From Octopus sinensis (Eukaryota): a stretch of DNA of 64,000 nucleotides. Positions 26,447-39,875 of the stretch are shown here, in pieces. Position 1 is the first letter of the stretch; every line of letters begins with the position of its first letter. The notes below the pieces were generated by a model, which was not told the DNA's origin, ran no database searches, and saw only the letters and a program-made list of their open reading frames with translations. Location of the stretch: contig NC_042999.1 in NCBI RefSeq assembly GCF_006345805.1, positions 77,996,001-78,060,000 on the forward strand, written 5' to 3'. The position numbers were made by a program, and so were the translations under genes.

Positions 26447-27374
26447 TCATGCATATGTATTGATAAAGGTGTTTCTAAACTGCTAACACAATTCATCCAT
26501 TCATATCTAATACACAAAGCTAACGCATAAAACATGGAGCTGAAATATAGATGTTCATGTTTGGCAAAGTACCACATAGCAGCAATCAGAGAAGAAAAAT
26601 CAATAACTAGGTTATATTATTCCCACTTTTACTAAGTAAATTCAGTGCATTCAAACGAGTGCACTTGGAACGTGAATGAGAAACTTCCAGTTTTAGATTT
26701 CATATGTGAATGAAACAGGAGGATGGGGGTGGAAGGGGAGATAATAAATAAATAATACATAAGAGGCCATCAAGAAATTGGTTGGTTGCTCATTTATACA
26801 TAAACTATTTTGAGTAAAAGAAATAGCTTGGAATAAGGTTACTCTATCTATCAAGATAGTGATTATTACAAATAATATACAGATAATATAAGAGCTAAAG
26901 ATATATTACCAAGAAAGTTAATGTTTGGCTAAAGATGAGAAGAAAGAAAAAAACACTACCTCATCCACCACTGACAATCTTATATTTATATCACAATAAA
27001 TTCCAAGCAACTCCAGTTGGTTGTAAGTAATACACAACTTTTTTTTTTTTTTTTGTCAGAAGTCAACAAACAAATCATTAATGATTTCTACATAACCAAT
27101 ATAAAGCCTCAAATTTAGCACAGAAGTAATGGAAGCTTTGACATCCTTTCAAACTGAAGCAATGCTGACTTATTATCCCACCCCTACCTTCTCACTTAAT
27201 AATGACTTTTTACATAGACATGAAATATAATTTTGAAGGTGTAAACAAAATCACAATGTTTATATCACTAACAAAGTCAATGATTAGAGACATAAATGGA
27301 GAGGAATGATTCCAAATAAGATTCTAGATTCAGTTTACTAAAACTACCTTTGTATAGTAATTATTATTATAAAA

Positions 27375-27650
27375 GCAGTAAGCTGGCAGAATTGTTAGCA
27401 TGCCAGACAAAATGCTTAGCAGCATTTCTTCTGGCTTTATGTTCCAAGTTCAAGATTCTGTGAGATTTACTCTGCCTTTCATCCTTTCAGGAACAATAAA
27501 GGTATATGCCAGCCAAGCTAGTTGATTACATTGATTTGCTCCTCCTCCAAAATTTCAGGCCTTGTGCCAAAGTTGAAAGAATTATTATTATTAAAATAAG
27601 CAATCTCACGGAATCGCTAGCATTCCAGACAAAATGCTTAGCTGCACTAT
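27375..27650 (+). mobile_element. tRNA-derived SINE followed by the head of a second copy
   Basis: agctggcagaattgttagcatgccagacaaaatgcttagc..gcctttcatcctttcagg..aaaatttcaggccttgtgcc..(att)n. Confidence 0.75.
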
Positions 27651-27729
27651 TAATAGAGCAAGAATTGATGAAACAGTATAAAGCTGGACAAAATGCCATG
27701 AAAGTTTTTGGTTTGGTCTTTTGCTTTTG

Positions 27730-28120
27730 CCATCATCACTTCAATGTCCACTTTTCTATGCTTGCATTGGTTGGATGGAGTTCAGAGACATATTGTCTGT
27801 AACTGGATGCCCTTCCTGTCCTCAATTCCCAAATGTTTCCAAACAAAGTAATATTTCTCCATAATCAGACATGTTCTCACAGGACACTGGAAATGAATGA
27901 CACTTTGTGTGATTGACATTCATTTACAATTATCACAATGTCAAGACAAGAACACACACACATATACAACAGGCTTCTTTCAGGTTCTTTACACCAATTT
28001 TACTCACAAGGCTTTGGTTGGCCTGGAGCTATAGTAGAAGACACTTGTCCAAGATGTCATGCAGTAGACTGAAAATGAAAACATGGTTGGGAAGCAAACT
28101 TCTTAACCACACAGCTATGT
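27730..28120 (-). mobile_element. tRNA/CORE-like SINE with RTE-type tail
   Basis: Reverse-complement counterpart of 28425-28780: ggatgcccttcctgtc tail and agaagacacttgtccaag..aaccacacagc head. Confidence 0.75.
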
Positions 28121-28424
28121 CTATGTATTTTGAGTTCATTTACTTTACCTTTATATCTTTCCAAGGCCTATAAAATGAAATGCAAATCATATAATAGAAA
28201 TAATTTAATTGATTGTACTCCTCTTTCAATATGTTAACTCCCTGCTAAGTTAAATTATTGAATTCAAATCTTGCCAAGTCAACTTTGCCTTTCACCCCTC
28301 CTGGGTCAATACAATAAAGTAGCAATCAAGGACTGGAGTTGATTAAATCAACTAACGTCTCTTCCTCTAAAATTGCAAGCCTTGTGCCTAAATTGAAAAC
28401 ATTATTGTAAATTATTTTATAACC

Positions 28425-28780
28425 AGTATAGCTGTGTGGTTATAAAGCTTACTTCCCAACCATGTCGTTTCAGGTTCAGCCCCATTGCATGGAACCTTGG
28501 GCAAGTGTCTCCTATTATAGTCCCAGGCCACAAAAGCTTTGTGAGTGGATTTAGCAGATGGAACCTGAAGAAGCCTCGTGTGTGTGAACATGCATGCATT
28601 TGACATGTGGTGGGTGTAAACAAGCACCACCGTCATATAAGTAATGTTGTTCATTTCCAGTCTTCTGTGAAAAACGTTGAGTGATTGGAAAAGAAGAGCT
28701 TCAAACCACAGAAAATCAACCTCAAGGAATTCTTTCTGACGCATACAAGTATAGAAAAGTGGTCATCAGAATGATGATGA
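28425..28780 (+). mobile_element. tRNA/CORE-like SINE
   Basis: A-box tagctgtgtgg, B-box ggttcagccc, ccttgggcaagtgtc core, (tga)n tail. Confidence 0.8.
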
Positions 28781-29673
28781 TTCACATAATGTAATTTTCC
28801 TATACCTATGTATCCCCTTTGATAGTAGGTTAACATATATTTATTTTCCTTTTGTTTAATGACAAGCTTAGGTTGAAGGCTCAACTCCAGTTTAGTTTTC
28901 TGTATTGCATGTTGAAAAGGTTTCCTTTTCCTGCCATCATCTGAAAAAAACATATTCCAATATCTATGAGCCATATCTTAACAGCACAGCTCATGAGCAA
29001 TTGTTCTTATATTCATTTTTACATCTGTTTCTCCACACTAGCATGAGTTAGACAAATATGTTATTGAAGCATTTGTTTTACAGCCGGATAACCTTGTTGA
29101 TGCTAACTTTTAACTGTCTTTCAAGTAAGGGGCCTCTTATTCCACATGGCTTTGAAGGCACAAAGTGAGCCAGTGATTTATTAACAGAAGTGCCAACAAG
29201 AACATGCAAACATTGTGCCATATGTGTGAGCTAGTGGCAGATATAAACAAATACACACATTCATATGGTGGGATTTCTTTAACATTATCTCTTGCTCTTC
29301 ACAGAGTGAACAAAGAGAATTTCGCCTACCAAGTTGGATGACTGAGTGATACTGATGAGATATATAGATATCATACAGACTATAGTAGAGGCTAATATAT
29401 ACAATACACAATTGTCTGAACTTCAACTAAGAAAAGTTATGAGCTGAGCAAATAATAAAAAAAAATCCTATATTATCATGAAGAAGAAAAAAAGTTGACC
29501 TCATTTCAAATTAAAAGTATCATACCATGTTTGTTGCACTTTCCAACTATAAACAACTTTTAGCTGTTGTTCAAACCTGGCTACAGGATAGTGAAATTCT
29601 ACTACATGACAACTAATTTTATCCTAACCAAGCAGAGTGCTAATTTCTGCTGTGAAAAACATGTAAATTTCAC

Positions 29674-29704
29674 ATATCTATATCTATATATCTATATCTC
29701 TCTA

Positions 29705-29735
<31 letters not shown>

Positions 29736-29752
29736 CTATATCTATCTATATA

Positions 29753-29785
<33 letters not shown>

Positions 29786-30590
29786 CTATATCTATCTATA
29801 TCTCTCTATCTCTCTCTCTCTAAATATATATATATATATATATATATCTATATCTCTCTATCTCTCTCTCTCTAAATATATATATATATATATATATATA
29901 TCTATATCTCTCTATCTCTCTCTCTCTAAATATATATATATATATATATATCTATATCTCTCTATCTCTCTCTCTCTCTAATATATATATATATATCTAT
30001 CTATATCTATCTATCTCTCTCTCTAAATATATATATATATATATCTATCTATATCTATCTATCTCTCTCTCTCTAAATATATATATATATATATCTATCT
30101 ATATCTATATCTATATCTATATCTATCTATATCTATATCTATATCTATATCTATATCTATATCTATCTATATATCTATCTATATATCTATCTATATATCT
30201 ATCTATATATATATATCTATATATATATATATCTATCTATATATCTATCTATATATATATCTATACGATGATGATGATGATGATATCTATCTATATCTAT
30301 CTATATCTATCTATATATATATATATATATCTATATATATATATCTATATATATATATATCTATATATATATATATATATATCTATCTATATCTCTATAT
30401 ATATATATCTATATATATCTATCTATATATATCTATATCTATATCTATATATATCTATATCTATATATATCTATATCTATATATCTATATATCTATATAT
30501 CTATATATCTATATCTATATCTCTATATCTATATATCTATATATATATCTATATCTATCTATATATATCTATATCTATCTATATATATAT
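29674..30590. repeat. Compound (TA)/(TC)/(TATC)/(TATATC) microsatellite, ~0.9 kb
   Basis: Seen directly. The first half has a higher-order unit (tc)n-taaa-(ta)n-tctatatc. Confidence 0.95.
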
Positions 30591-30949
30591 TTACTCTTTT
30601 ACTCTTTTACTTGTTTCAGTCATTTGACTGCGGCCATGCTGGAGCACCACCTTTTAGTACTTATTCTATCGGTCTCTTTTTGCCGAACCGCTAAGTGACG
30701 GGGACCTAAACACACCAGCATCGGTTGTCAAGCAATGCTAGGGGGACAAACACAGACACACAAACACACACACATATACATATATATGACAGGCTTCTTT
30801 CAGTTTCCGTCTACCAAATCCACTCACAAGGCATTGGTCGGCCCGGGGCTATAGCAGAAGACACTTGCCCAAGATGCCACGCAGTGGGACTGAACCCGCA
30901 ACCGTGTGGTTGGTTAGCAAGCTACTTACCACACAGCCACTCCTGCGCC
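30591..30949 (-). mobile_element. Near full-length young tRNA-derived SINE
   Basis: Minus strand: ggcgcaggagTGGCTGTGTGGtaag (A box), GGTTCAGTCCC (B box), cttgggcaagtgtcttc core, internal (TA/TG)n, (AAAAGAGT)n-like tail. Flanked by TA repeats. Confidence 0.9.
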
Positions 30950-30966
30950 TATATATATATATATAT

Positions 30967-31045
<79 letters not shown>
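30950..31045. repeat. (TA)n plus (GA)n microsatellite
   Basis: Seen directly. Confidence 0.95.
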
Positions 31046-31049
<4 letters not shown>

Positions 31050-31682
31050 AAATTCAAACTTTTTTTTTCAAATTGATATTGTGAGCAAAGATAAAAATAG
31101 TTCAATAATACAACAGCTAAATTATTGCTGCACTAGTTGCACACTCATTCTGCTGCCACATGTAGGAATAAGTTTAATAACCAATAACCAGACAAACTAT
31201 ATTTATGATACTTTGCCTACAACAAAGATCAAAAGTCCAATTATGAATAATAATGTACACAAAGAAATGAATTTTTTATGAGAGATTCCAGGTAATATGT
31301 TCAGTGATCATAGCTAGATGAGACATGTCAAGAATCCAGAAGGGTAAATTTTAATTTCCACAACTGAAGTGTGAGAATGGAGAAGATGAAAACTAAAGTT
31401 ATGGGGAAGGTGATGAGGACAATGATACAAGGAAATATTTAGCACTTTTATGAAAGACTTGCTTGTCAAGCAAATGAGATTTTTATAAACAATTATTGCT
31501 TAGTATCCTTGCTTGGCTAGCAGCTTTCTGGTCATAGATATTAAAAATGTACTGAATAAATTAGGAGGAAAGTTTCTACTTAACACACGCTGGAAAAAAA
31601 AAAATGTAGATAGTTTGGTATGAAAATATTTCAGGTGTTCTGGTATAAAAAAAATTGAATGACGGGAAATACAAATGGTTAC

Positions 31683-31784
31683 CTGTAAATGGGGCCATGA
31701 TGCTTCTAGTGTGGGATCATCTTCTTCTGGGTCAAAATCAGGATTATCATTAGGTGGTAGTGTTCGAAATATATTACAAGCAAT
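31683..31784 (-). CDS. PPP2R5E: PP2A B56 internal coding exon, 102 nt, phase 0/0
   Basis: Translates [34 protein letters not shown]. Acceptor attcttttcag|ATT and donor CAG|gtaacc. The [17 protein letters not shown] and EASWPHLQ motifs fit the alpha/beta/epsilon (wdb) branch. Confidence 0.97.
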
Positions 31785-33574
31785 CTGAAAAGAATAAGAT
31801 TAATGTTAGAAATTGACATTTAAGTATTTCAATGGTATGATGAGAAGTTGGTGGACTAATTACACTGAATGGATAAAAAACAATTCTGTAAACTTTACCA
31901 TTTATAAAATTGTACCATTGAATGAAAAGAATATTTAAGATTGTTTAAATGATACGCAATTTAATTAGTAAAAAATATTCACCTTCGATTAACCATTGAC
32001 AATACAATCTTGTTCCAAAAAAAATAAATAAACTGAAGTAACATGCTAAAAGGTATCTATATTTATGAAATGCAAAAATTTCAAATGCTATTTTCTTATT
32101 TGACTTCAAATTTTAACAGAGTGGAATAAATCCATTCAATTAATGCCCTTTGTATAAAAAAAATGCTATTTTAAAATTATTTACTAAATAAATAGTGAAA
32201 GAAACTTTTAAGTAACAACAAAGGATACATCCAACCTTAATTTCATTTATTTTATGTCTGTTTTCCCATGTTTGCATGGGTTGGATATGTGATTTGAGGC
32301 ATTGGTTTACAGTTGGATACCCATTCTCACACTAATCTTTACATGTTTTTCAAGTAAGGCACAACTTACAATGTTTAAGGTATGAAGTGGTCAAATGATT
32401 TGTTGACAGGAGAAACTGACAGCAATAATATCCACCACATTTACTTGTGTGACAGGTGATATTATTGCAATACAAGTGATTGCAGATGTGCATACACCAA
32501 TACACACATTTGTGTTCTTTCAATTTCAGTCTATCAAACTCCCTAACATTGGCCTGGGCTATAGAAGACACTTGCCCAAGGTGCTGTGTATCCAAAGACC
32601 ACATGGTTAGGAGGTGAACTTCTCAACCACATAGCCATACTGTCAGTAGTTCTCTAAAGAATAAAAATAACTAATGTGATGGACTCTGCTAGAAGGTGAG
32701 AAGGTAGAGATGAGAGGATAAAATAAAGTGGATACAGAGATATAGCCAGTTAAGAGAAAGAAACCAATAACATGAATAGGATGTGTGTATTTTAAATTTC
32801 AGAAGTCTCATGGAAAGTGAAGTTCTGACAGTGTGGAACACAACTGTATATTTGTACAGATATGCTAGACAGTCAGGCAAGAGAGAATTATCTACAAAGA
32901 GTAGATATCAGTTGTGATGGTGTGAATGGACAAAGATGATTTTTAAGCAATTTTTAAAGCAAAACAATGAAGAAAAAAAATTTGCAAAATTTTCCTAAAA
33001 GTGATATAATATTTAAAAATAAAAAAAAAATCTCAATTATATTAACTTTTCCTAAGCAAATAATCAACAACATTGCAATGTAATTAAATTTCAGAATAAG
33101 ATAAAAGTTATCATGGATGGCAAAATCAGCGGAGCACTTAACAAAATGTCTAGCGCAAATTCTTTATATTCTGTACGTAATATGCCAGGGTTAACATATT
33201 GGCGAAATGTTGACTTTCCTCATCAAATATATGGCCTTGTGTCAATATATGATATTACAATTGAAAACGTGTTGGAAAGGCAGACAATTTACTTATACCT
33301 GTTTAGGTTTTGAATTCAGATCCAAAAAGCATTTATTTTGCCACCCATATTTCCAACCCCAGTAAAAGAAGTTATGCATTGATTTGATTTAGTCAACTCT
33401 ACCTCTTTTTCAATAATTTCTGGCTCTTTAAATATGGAACAGAATTACATTTGCATTTGTTATTTATTATCTATATCATTCTACTAATCACAGCAACTGT
33501 TCAAATATTAAGCTATATTTTCAAAGGGAAATAATCTCACTCAATATTCTATCTGTTGTAATCATACAAGCATA

Positions 33575-33785
33575 CAGGGTGGCCCAAAAGTAGGTTTACA
33601 GTCATCACATAGGCACTTTAAATTTCTTTTACAACATTTTATTACATTTAAATTTCTAACTTACAATTAACTAAATTAGCATAGAATAATGGTTTCATAT
33701 TTTTTATAATTAAAATCCGCTGTTAATATATATGAATGCAAAAGAGATAGTTGACTAACTGTAAACCTACTTTTGGGCCACCCTG
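33575..33785. mobile_element. Tc1/mariner-type MITE, 211 bp
   Basis: Perfect 28-bp TIRs cagggtggcccaaaagtaggtttacagt (33575-33602 and 33758-33785), TA on both sides, AT-rich non-coding interior. Confidence 0.95.
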
Positions 33786-33789
33786 TATA

Positions 33790-35080
33790 TATGGACATGA
33801 CAGAAGTAAATAGACACACTATAAAACATCATAAGATATATATATTTTTTATTAATTGACATTTTTATGGTTAAGTTTCTATATGTGACTGTTAGCAAGA
33901 AATTTCTGAAGAGAATATTTATCATCCGATCAGCAGTATGCCTAATAAGGTCCTTGCATTGAAAAATGCAAAGGACATGTCTACTAAACATGTTTAATCA
34001 TGCCACACACAAAAGAGGCCAAATTTCAAAGAGGTTGTATTGTCAGTCATCTGAAGGTGGACTTCGCCAGTTTAAAATATCTCAGTAAACCTTGTGATCC
34101 CGCTTTCTACAGTTAATAGAATGATTGTGCAATTCACCAGGGAAGGGAAGGAGTCTTCATCACCATGTCCAGGTAGACCAGGACCCTTCGCTTTGTGGGA
34201 TAACCTCATTACAAGGCCTCTGACAAAGCAGAAGAAGTTGATGTCAGTCTCATAACAGCTGTCAGGAATCTCTACAAACTTGGCTACTATGGCAGAGCAG
34301 CAAGAAGGAAGCCACTTCGTCGACAAGTCAATATCAAGCAGAGAAGAAACTGGGCCAATGAGATTGTGGAGAGGCTACGAGCATTTTGGGACACTGTCAT
34401 ATTCTCCTGATGCGTCCAGATTTGCTATATTTTCTGACAGTGATCGAGTGTGGATCTGGAGACTGTGGTTAAGAATTTGATGTGAAATATTGTAGCCAAC
34501 AATGAGACATGGTGGCTAATCTGTGATGGTCTGGGGAGCAATTTGGATTAATGGTTGATCAGAGCTGGTGGAGTGTGAGGGAAACAAACTCAAATATGTG
34601 TCCATATTGCAGAAGAGATTCCTCTCAATCTTCTCCAGTGGTGAAATGATTAAATAAGACTCTTTATTTATGGAAGATGGGGCTCTTTGTCACACGGCTA
34701 AAAAGACCCAAGTTTGGTTGGAAGCAAATGGCATTAAGAAGCTTCCATGGCCAAGCTAGTCACCAGATAGGAATCCTATTGAACACATCTGGGGCATAAT
34801 GGACAGGATACTTCGTTAAAAAAAAAAAACAAGAAAGTATCCTCAAAGCCAGATCTTTTGAGATTACTGCATGAAACTTGGCAAGAAATTTCTGAAGAGA
34901 ATATTCATCATCCGATCAGCAGTAGGCCTAATAAGGTCCTTGCATTGAAAAATGCAAAGGACATGTCTACTAAACATTAGATATTCACATTATAATAATC
35001 AATAAATAATTTGAATGTATAATTTCAGATTTAAATAAATTTTAATGATTATAAGGGTGTTTATTTACTTAAGTCATGTC

Positions 35081-35084
<4 letters not shown>
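33790..35084 (+). mobile_element. Tc1-family (DD34E) transposon, full-length but decayed
   Basis: MPHTKE..FQRGCIV start at 34000; GYYGRAARRKPL; WDTVIFS/DASRF; VMVWGAI; FMEDGALCHTAKKTQVWLEANGIKKLPWPS*SPDRNPIEHIW (D34E). TIRs match at 24/31 (gacatgac..aagtaaata.acac.ct). Confidence 0.92.
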
Positions 35085-35136
<52 letters not shown>

Positions 35137-35144
35137 ATATATAT

Positions 35145-35705
35145 AAGCCAGTATGCTTTGCTGGATGTGCAATGTCAGTGTGTTCGATAGAGTGTAAGCC
35201 TCTTGAGAAATCAGATGTGGTGTGCAAGAGAGATGACTGTACTGGTATTGTCATGTAGTATTTATAGACGAGGATAGCTGTGTAAAGAAGTGCCGATCTC
35301 TAACTGTAGTAGGAACCTGTAGCAGAGGTAGATCCAGGAAGACAAAGAACAAGGTGGTGAAGCATGATCTTCGAACTTTGAGCTTGACTGAAGCAATGAC
35401 TAGTGACCAATAACTAGTGATATGCTGTGCTTGAGAGGACCCATCAAGTCAAGCAAAATCACAGTTGTGACAGATACCAGTGTGACGCAAACTGGCACCC
35501 ATGCCGGTGGCATGTAAACGCACCCTGGTGTCACACAAATTGCTCCCATGCTAGTTGCACATAAAAGCGCCCATTACACTCTTGGAGTGGTTAGCATTAG
35601 GAAGAGCATTTAATCATAGGAAACCATGCCAAATCAGACTGGAGTCTGGTGCAGCCTTCCAGCATGCCAGCCCAGTCAAACCATCGAACCCATGCCATGA
35701 TGATG
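35145..35705 (+). mobile_element. 5'-truncated RTE LINE
   Basis: ASMLCWMCNVSV..DEDSCVKKCRSLTVVGTCSRGRSRKT, then the same UTR and tail as 18345-19592. Confidence 0.88.
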
Positions 35706-35723
35706 TAATATATTTTTTTTTTT

Positions 35724-35801
<78 letters not shown>

Positions 35802-35999
35802 GAGATACACACTAATATTGAATGGTAAGAATGAGTGCTCAACGCCATATTGGTGGATAAAAATTCTTTTTTTGTAGGTTAACCAGTGGTCTTCATCTTC
35901 GTTTTGGATGAGAATACATGAAGTTACATGAGACTCTACAGGATTTTGAGATAAATAAATATACAAATCGTGGGAGAAATCTTAATTGTTATTAGCCCT

Positions 36000-36510
36000 T
36001 GCATATGTTGAAGGATCAATAGTTGATCACATATTCAGTGAAAAACACAGGTAGAGAAGTCATTCTTTCTCACTCAAAAACACAGACTGAGTTGCAATAA
36101 AAGAAGCAGTGATAGCTCTTTCTAGATAATTTCTTCAAGACAGAAAATGAGTGACAACCAACTGCTACCCTATTGAACTTTTGAATGCATTCAACCCTTC
36201 TAGAAATTCTTTACATGTTATTTTGAAGTTTCAAAACCTGAGCAGTTGTGCCTTTGGGCAATTTATCCAATAAAGACATTGTAATGGGACAAGACTCAAG
36301 GTCTTCTATTTTCATCAAAATTGTGTCGAAACTTTGACAATAGTACTTTAACAAGAAAAGCACTAAGTGACACAAATTTAACTACTAAAATGGAAAGAAT
36401 TCAATTTCCATTATGATTATCATCTATAATAACTATAAATAAAGCACAAGGTCAGGTTTTCAATAAAAGTAGGAATATATTTACAGCAGCCAGTGTTCAG
36501 GCATGTTACT
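36000..36510 (+). mobile_element. Helitron PIF1-like helicase relic
   Basis: Fragments YPIELLNAFNPS, HCNGTRLKV, SDTNL..KMERIQFPL*LSSIITINKAQGQVF, VGIYLQQPVFRH match helicase motifs CNGTRL, QFP.R.AFAMTINKSQGQ and PVFSHGQ. Confidence 0.85.
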
Positions 36511-37269
36511 TTTGCTAAAACTCAAAAATTATTGGATATTGGAGTTGTAAAAATTATGAGCATGGAATTTTCATGGGTCTCATTAATACAATTGTTGTCC
36601 AATATAATTGTTATTAATATAATTGTTGTCCAAGTGGTTTTGATACCTAGTTGGAAGTAATTTTCTCTTTTTTTCTTTAAGGCTTAATCAGAGGTGGAAG
36701 GGCAGTATTCATGAATGAGTAGGGGTAGGGGCTCCAACACTGGTAGAAGGGAATAACCCTTCAGACTGGAAAGATGGCATGCTTGCAACAAAATGGACTT
36801 ATTTCCACACTTAAGGTGTTAAGCAGTGGAATCATACAAAACCACATAATGGTAAAGCACATAGCCTTGTGATTACCAACACTTTTCCAATGCCTTGTAG
36901 AAAGAAATGGTCATCACAAGTTGTTTTTCACTGCTTCACAAACCTTTAACTTCATACCTATGTAAGCAACAATCATCATGAGGTTAAATTGTGACTATGT
37001 TGGTTGCAACATATATCCATAGAAAATTACTGAATAGGTAGTTAATTGAATGTTACCTGTTTGTGGTAACAAAAGAAAGACTTGAAACCAGTCAACCAAA
37101 ATGATTCACCTTAATATAAACACAGATGTTTATGAGTTGTAATATATAGAAGCAATAGAAAAGGAAAAATTAAAATAACTTATATTTCAGTGCTTACCAA
37201 GCATTTTTATTATGATATGCTCAGCAAAATATTTTTAGAACTTAACAAATCCACAATACAAAATATTCC

Positions 37270-37455
37270 TTTCTATTATAGGTACAAGGCCTGAAATTTG
37301 GGAGGAGGGAACTAATTGATTACATCCACCCCAGTGGTTGACTGGTAATTATCTTATCAACCTTGAAAGGATGAAAGGCAAAGTCAACGTTGGTGGTATT
37401 TGAACTTAGAATGTAGACAAACAAAATGCCACTGAGCATTTTGTTTGGCATGCTA
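37270..37455 (-). mobile_element. tRNA-derived SINE
   Basis: aggtacaaggcctgaaatttggg..ccccagt..aaaggatgaaaggcaaagtcaac..tttgaacttagaatgt. Confidence 0.78.
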
Positions 37456-38010
37456 CTACAACACAAAATACTGGAAACATAAAAGCTGAGATTTTTAGAG
37501 AGAAGGAGAGGAAGGCAAGTTGAGTCACGGAAATCTTTTCTAATAGTTTTTGTAAAATTATTTATTAGTGACATTAAAGTGAATGCTGATGGCTACAAGA
37601 AATTGAAGTGATGTTGCAAACTTAAGAATTTACTTCTGCTTAACAACTCTTTTGCCCAACTTATTTGTAGATCTTATATACATTGTGAAATCAGTACCAT
37701 GTAAAAAGCAGAGCTATACTTGAAATGTAACTTCTAGCATATTTCTGAAGTAGGCTGTTGTTTCTTTGTATGTGTATAATTTGTTGATTAATTCAAAAAC
37801 ATTATGAAAAGATACTAGTTTTCTGTGAAGTTAATTCTATTAACTATGTAGCCAATGAAATTCTTTGGATCCAACAACAGGCCTAGTGTCTTGGATAGGC
37901 AGGCATAAGGTGTTTGATGTGTCTGTGAAGCAAACTTCAACATTTAATCAGGATTCTAGCCATAGGCAGTTCAACTGATGCTAAATTCTCAATCATGAAA
38001 TTGAAAGATT

Positions 38011-38156
38011 CATCATCATCATCATTTAGCATCTGCTTTCCATGCTTGCATGGGTTGGATAGTTCAACTGGGGTCTGAGAAGCCAGAAGGCTGCACCAGG
38101 CCCAGTCTGATCTGGCAATGTTTCTACGGCTGGTTGCCCTTCCTAATGCCAACCAC
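38011..38156 (-). mobile_element. Short RTE 3' tail insertion
   Basis: (cat)n..catgggttggat..gcccttcctaatgccaaccac. aaattgaa on both flanks may be a TSD. Confidence 0.82.
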
Positions 38157-39875
38157 AAAAATTGAATTCATACAGAAATGATGTTAGACTTGAAACCCAG
38201 TAATTTTTTTCAAGGTTCTACTAAACCAGTATTTGAATGGTTTAAGACTGTCATTCATTTTACACAAAAATTTTATAATTCTAAACAAAACAAACAGAAA
38301 CAGTAGTAAATAATAATAAAAATCCATTTAACTTGTATCCAATAAACCAATATTATTCAAAACAAACACATACTTCAAAATATTCTTCATTATTAACATA
38401 GTAATTGCTCAGCTTGAAGATTCCGAAATGTTTATATTTGAAAGGCATATCACTTCTGGAAATCAATCATTTCTAAGATTCTTGCATGTAGTTTATATCT
38501 GAAAGGCACATCATTTCTGGAAATCGATACTTTTATCTTAATAATACTTTTTGCTTTTATTCCTCAACTTCTCTCAATGCCCATAGATTTATAAGCAAAA
38601 AATACAATATAAGGTGAAAGGAGAGGTGTATGAGAAGTTGAATTTTTTGCCCAAACTAATATCTGATGTCTTAAGTTAAAGTGTATTGCATTCTGCATTT
38701 CAAGGTCACAAACCAATAAATTCATATGCACAACTACTCAAGGTATTGGAGAGAAAGTCATAAGCAAAGGTTAACTTAAAAGTGATGACGGGGATGGGTA
38801 AACAAATCACAAAATACAACAGTTCAAAAGATCTACAAATACACCACAAAAACATACAAATTGGGACTATAACAGAAATATAAGGTTATTTTATTTAATT
38901 ATCTACTTTTATCCTTTATTGTTATCAAGAGAGGCCATGGTATTAGTGTTCAAGATGTTACACAATTGACTGGCATCTCTCTTGTTCAATAGGAGGTCAG
39001 TAAGAGGTTCTCCTCTGAAAGGACTAATTCAGCACTGGAAATAATAAAAGACTTATTGGTTACACTTTCACCAGTTAAATTGATTCAATCAATTGAATAA
39101 GCTGTGGAAAATGTTCACTGTGTTTGTAAAGTCAAAATATTTATTTACAAGCAGATAATAGGCAGCAGGAAATAAAAAGTATATATATATATTGGTAAAC
39201 TGGTAGATATTATTCTGTGAAAGCAAAGACAAAAGCTAACCACTAACTAGACAAGACACAAAGAGAGAAAAAGCGATGGTTAACACACGACTGCTGGCAA
39301 CAAATGAGAAAGCATTAGAGAATAACAGCCATTTTACTTCTGTTCAACTAGTCAAAAACATAGCTCACAGTTTATTTAGTCTCTTATTGGCACTAGTGAC
39401 AATAATGTAACTAGACATCATCTGCATAAGATCCACTTCAAATGTTTCATGCCCACTATGCCTGTCTATTATTTGAAGCCCATAATATTTGTCCATCTAT
39501 GTTACATATGTGCAGAGAGTAAATTAACTTGCAAAAAATTTAGCGTTTTCATTTGACAGCTCTTTTATATTTAGCCTTGGCCAAATTTGTTAATTATTAT
39601 ACATGAACTAATTGATATTTATCTACAAGTTCTTAATAAGTAATTTTAGTTGTCACCAATCCCAATTTGTGATTTGGCTTCAATTCCCAGTTGGAACTAG
39701 TTCACTTTCATCAATCACTGTCTCTTTTATAAAACATTAGTGTCAAATATTCCATTTCTCACCTTATAAACAGAAAAGCAACATCATACTTATTTAAAAA
39801 GCACCAATAAGTAATTCTGAAATGCAAAGTTTAAAAAAAACAAAAAGAATCAACCCCCTCATCTTTGTAAAATTT

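Noticed and set aside
30860-30949. tRNA-like A/B boxes
   Set aside because: SINE head; no full cloverleaf, so not called as a tRNA gene.
29567-31084. ORFs of 102-119 aa rich in IY/SL/ER
   Set aside because: Translations of microsatellite and SINE sequence.
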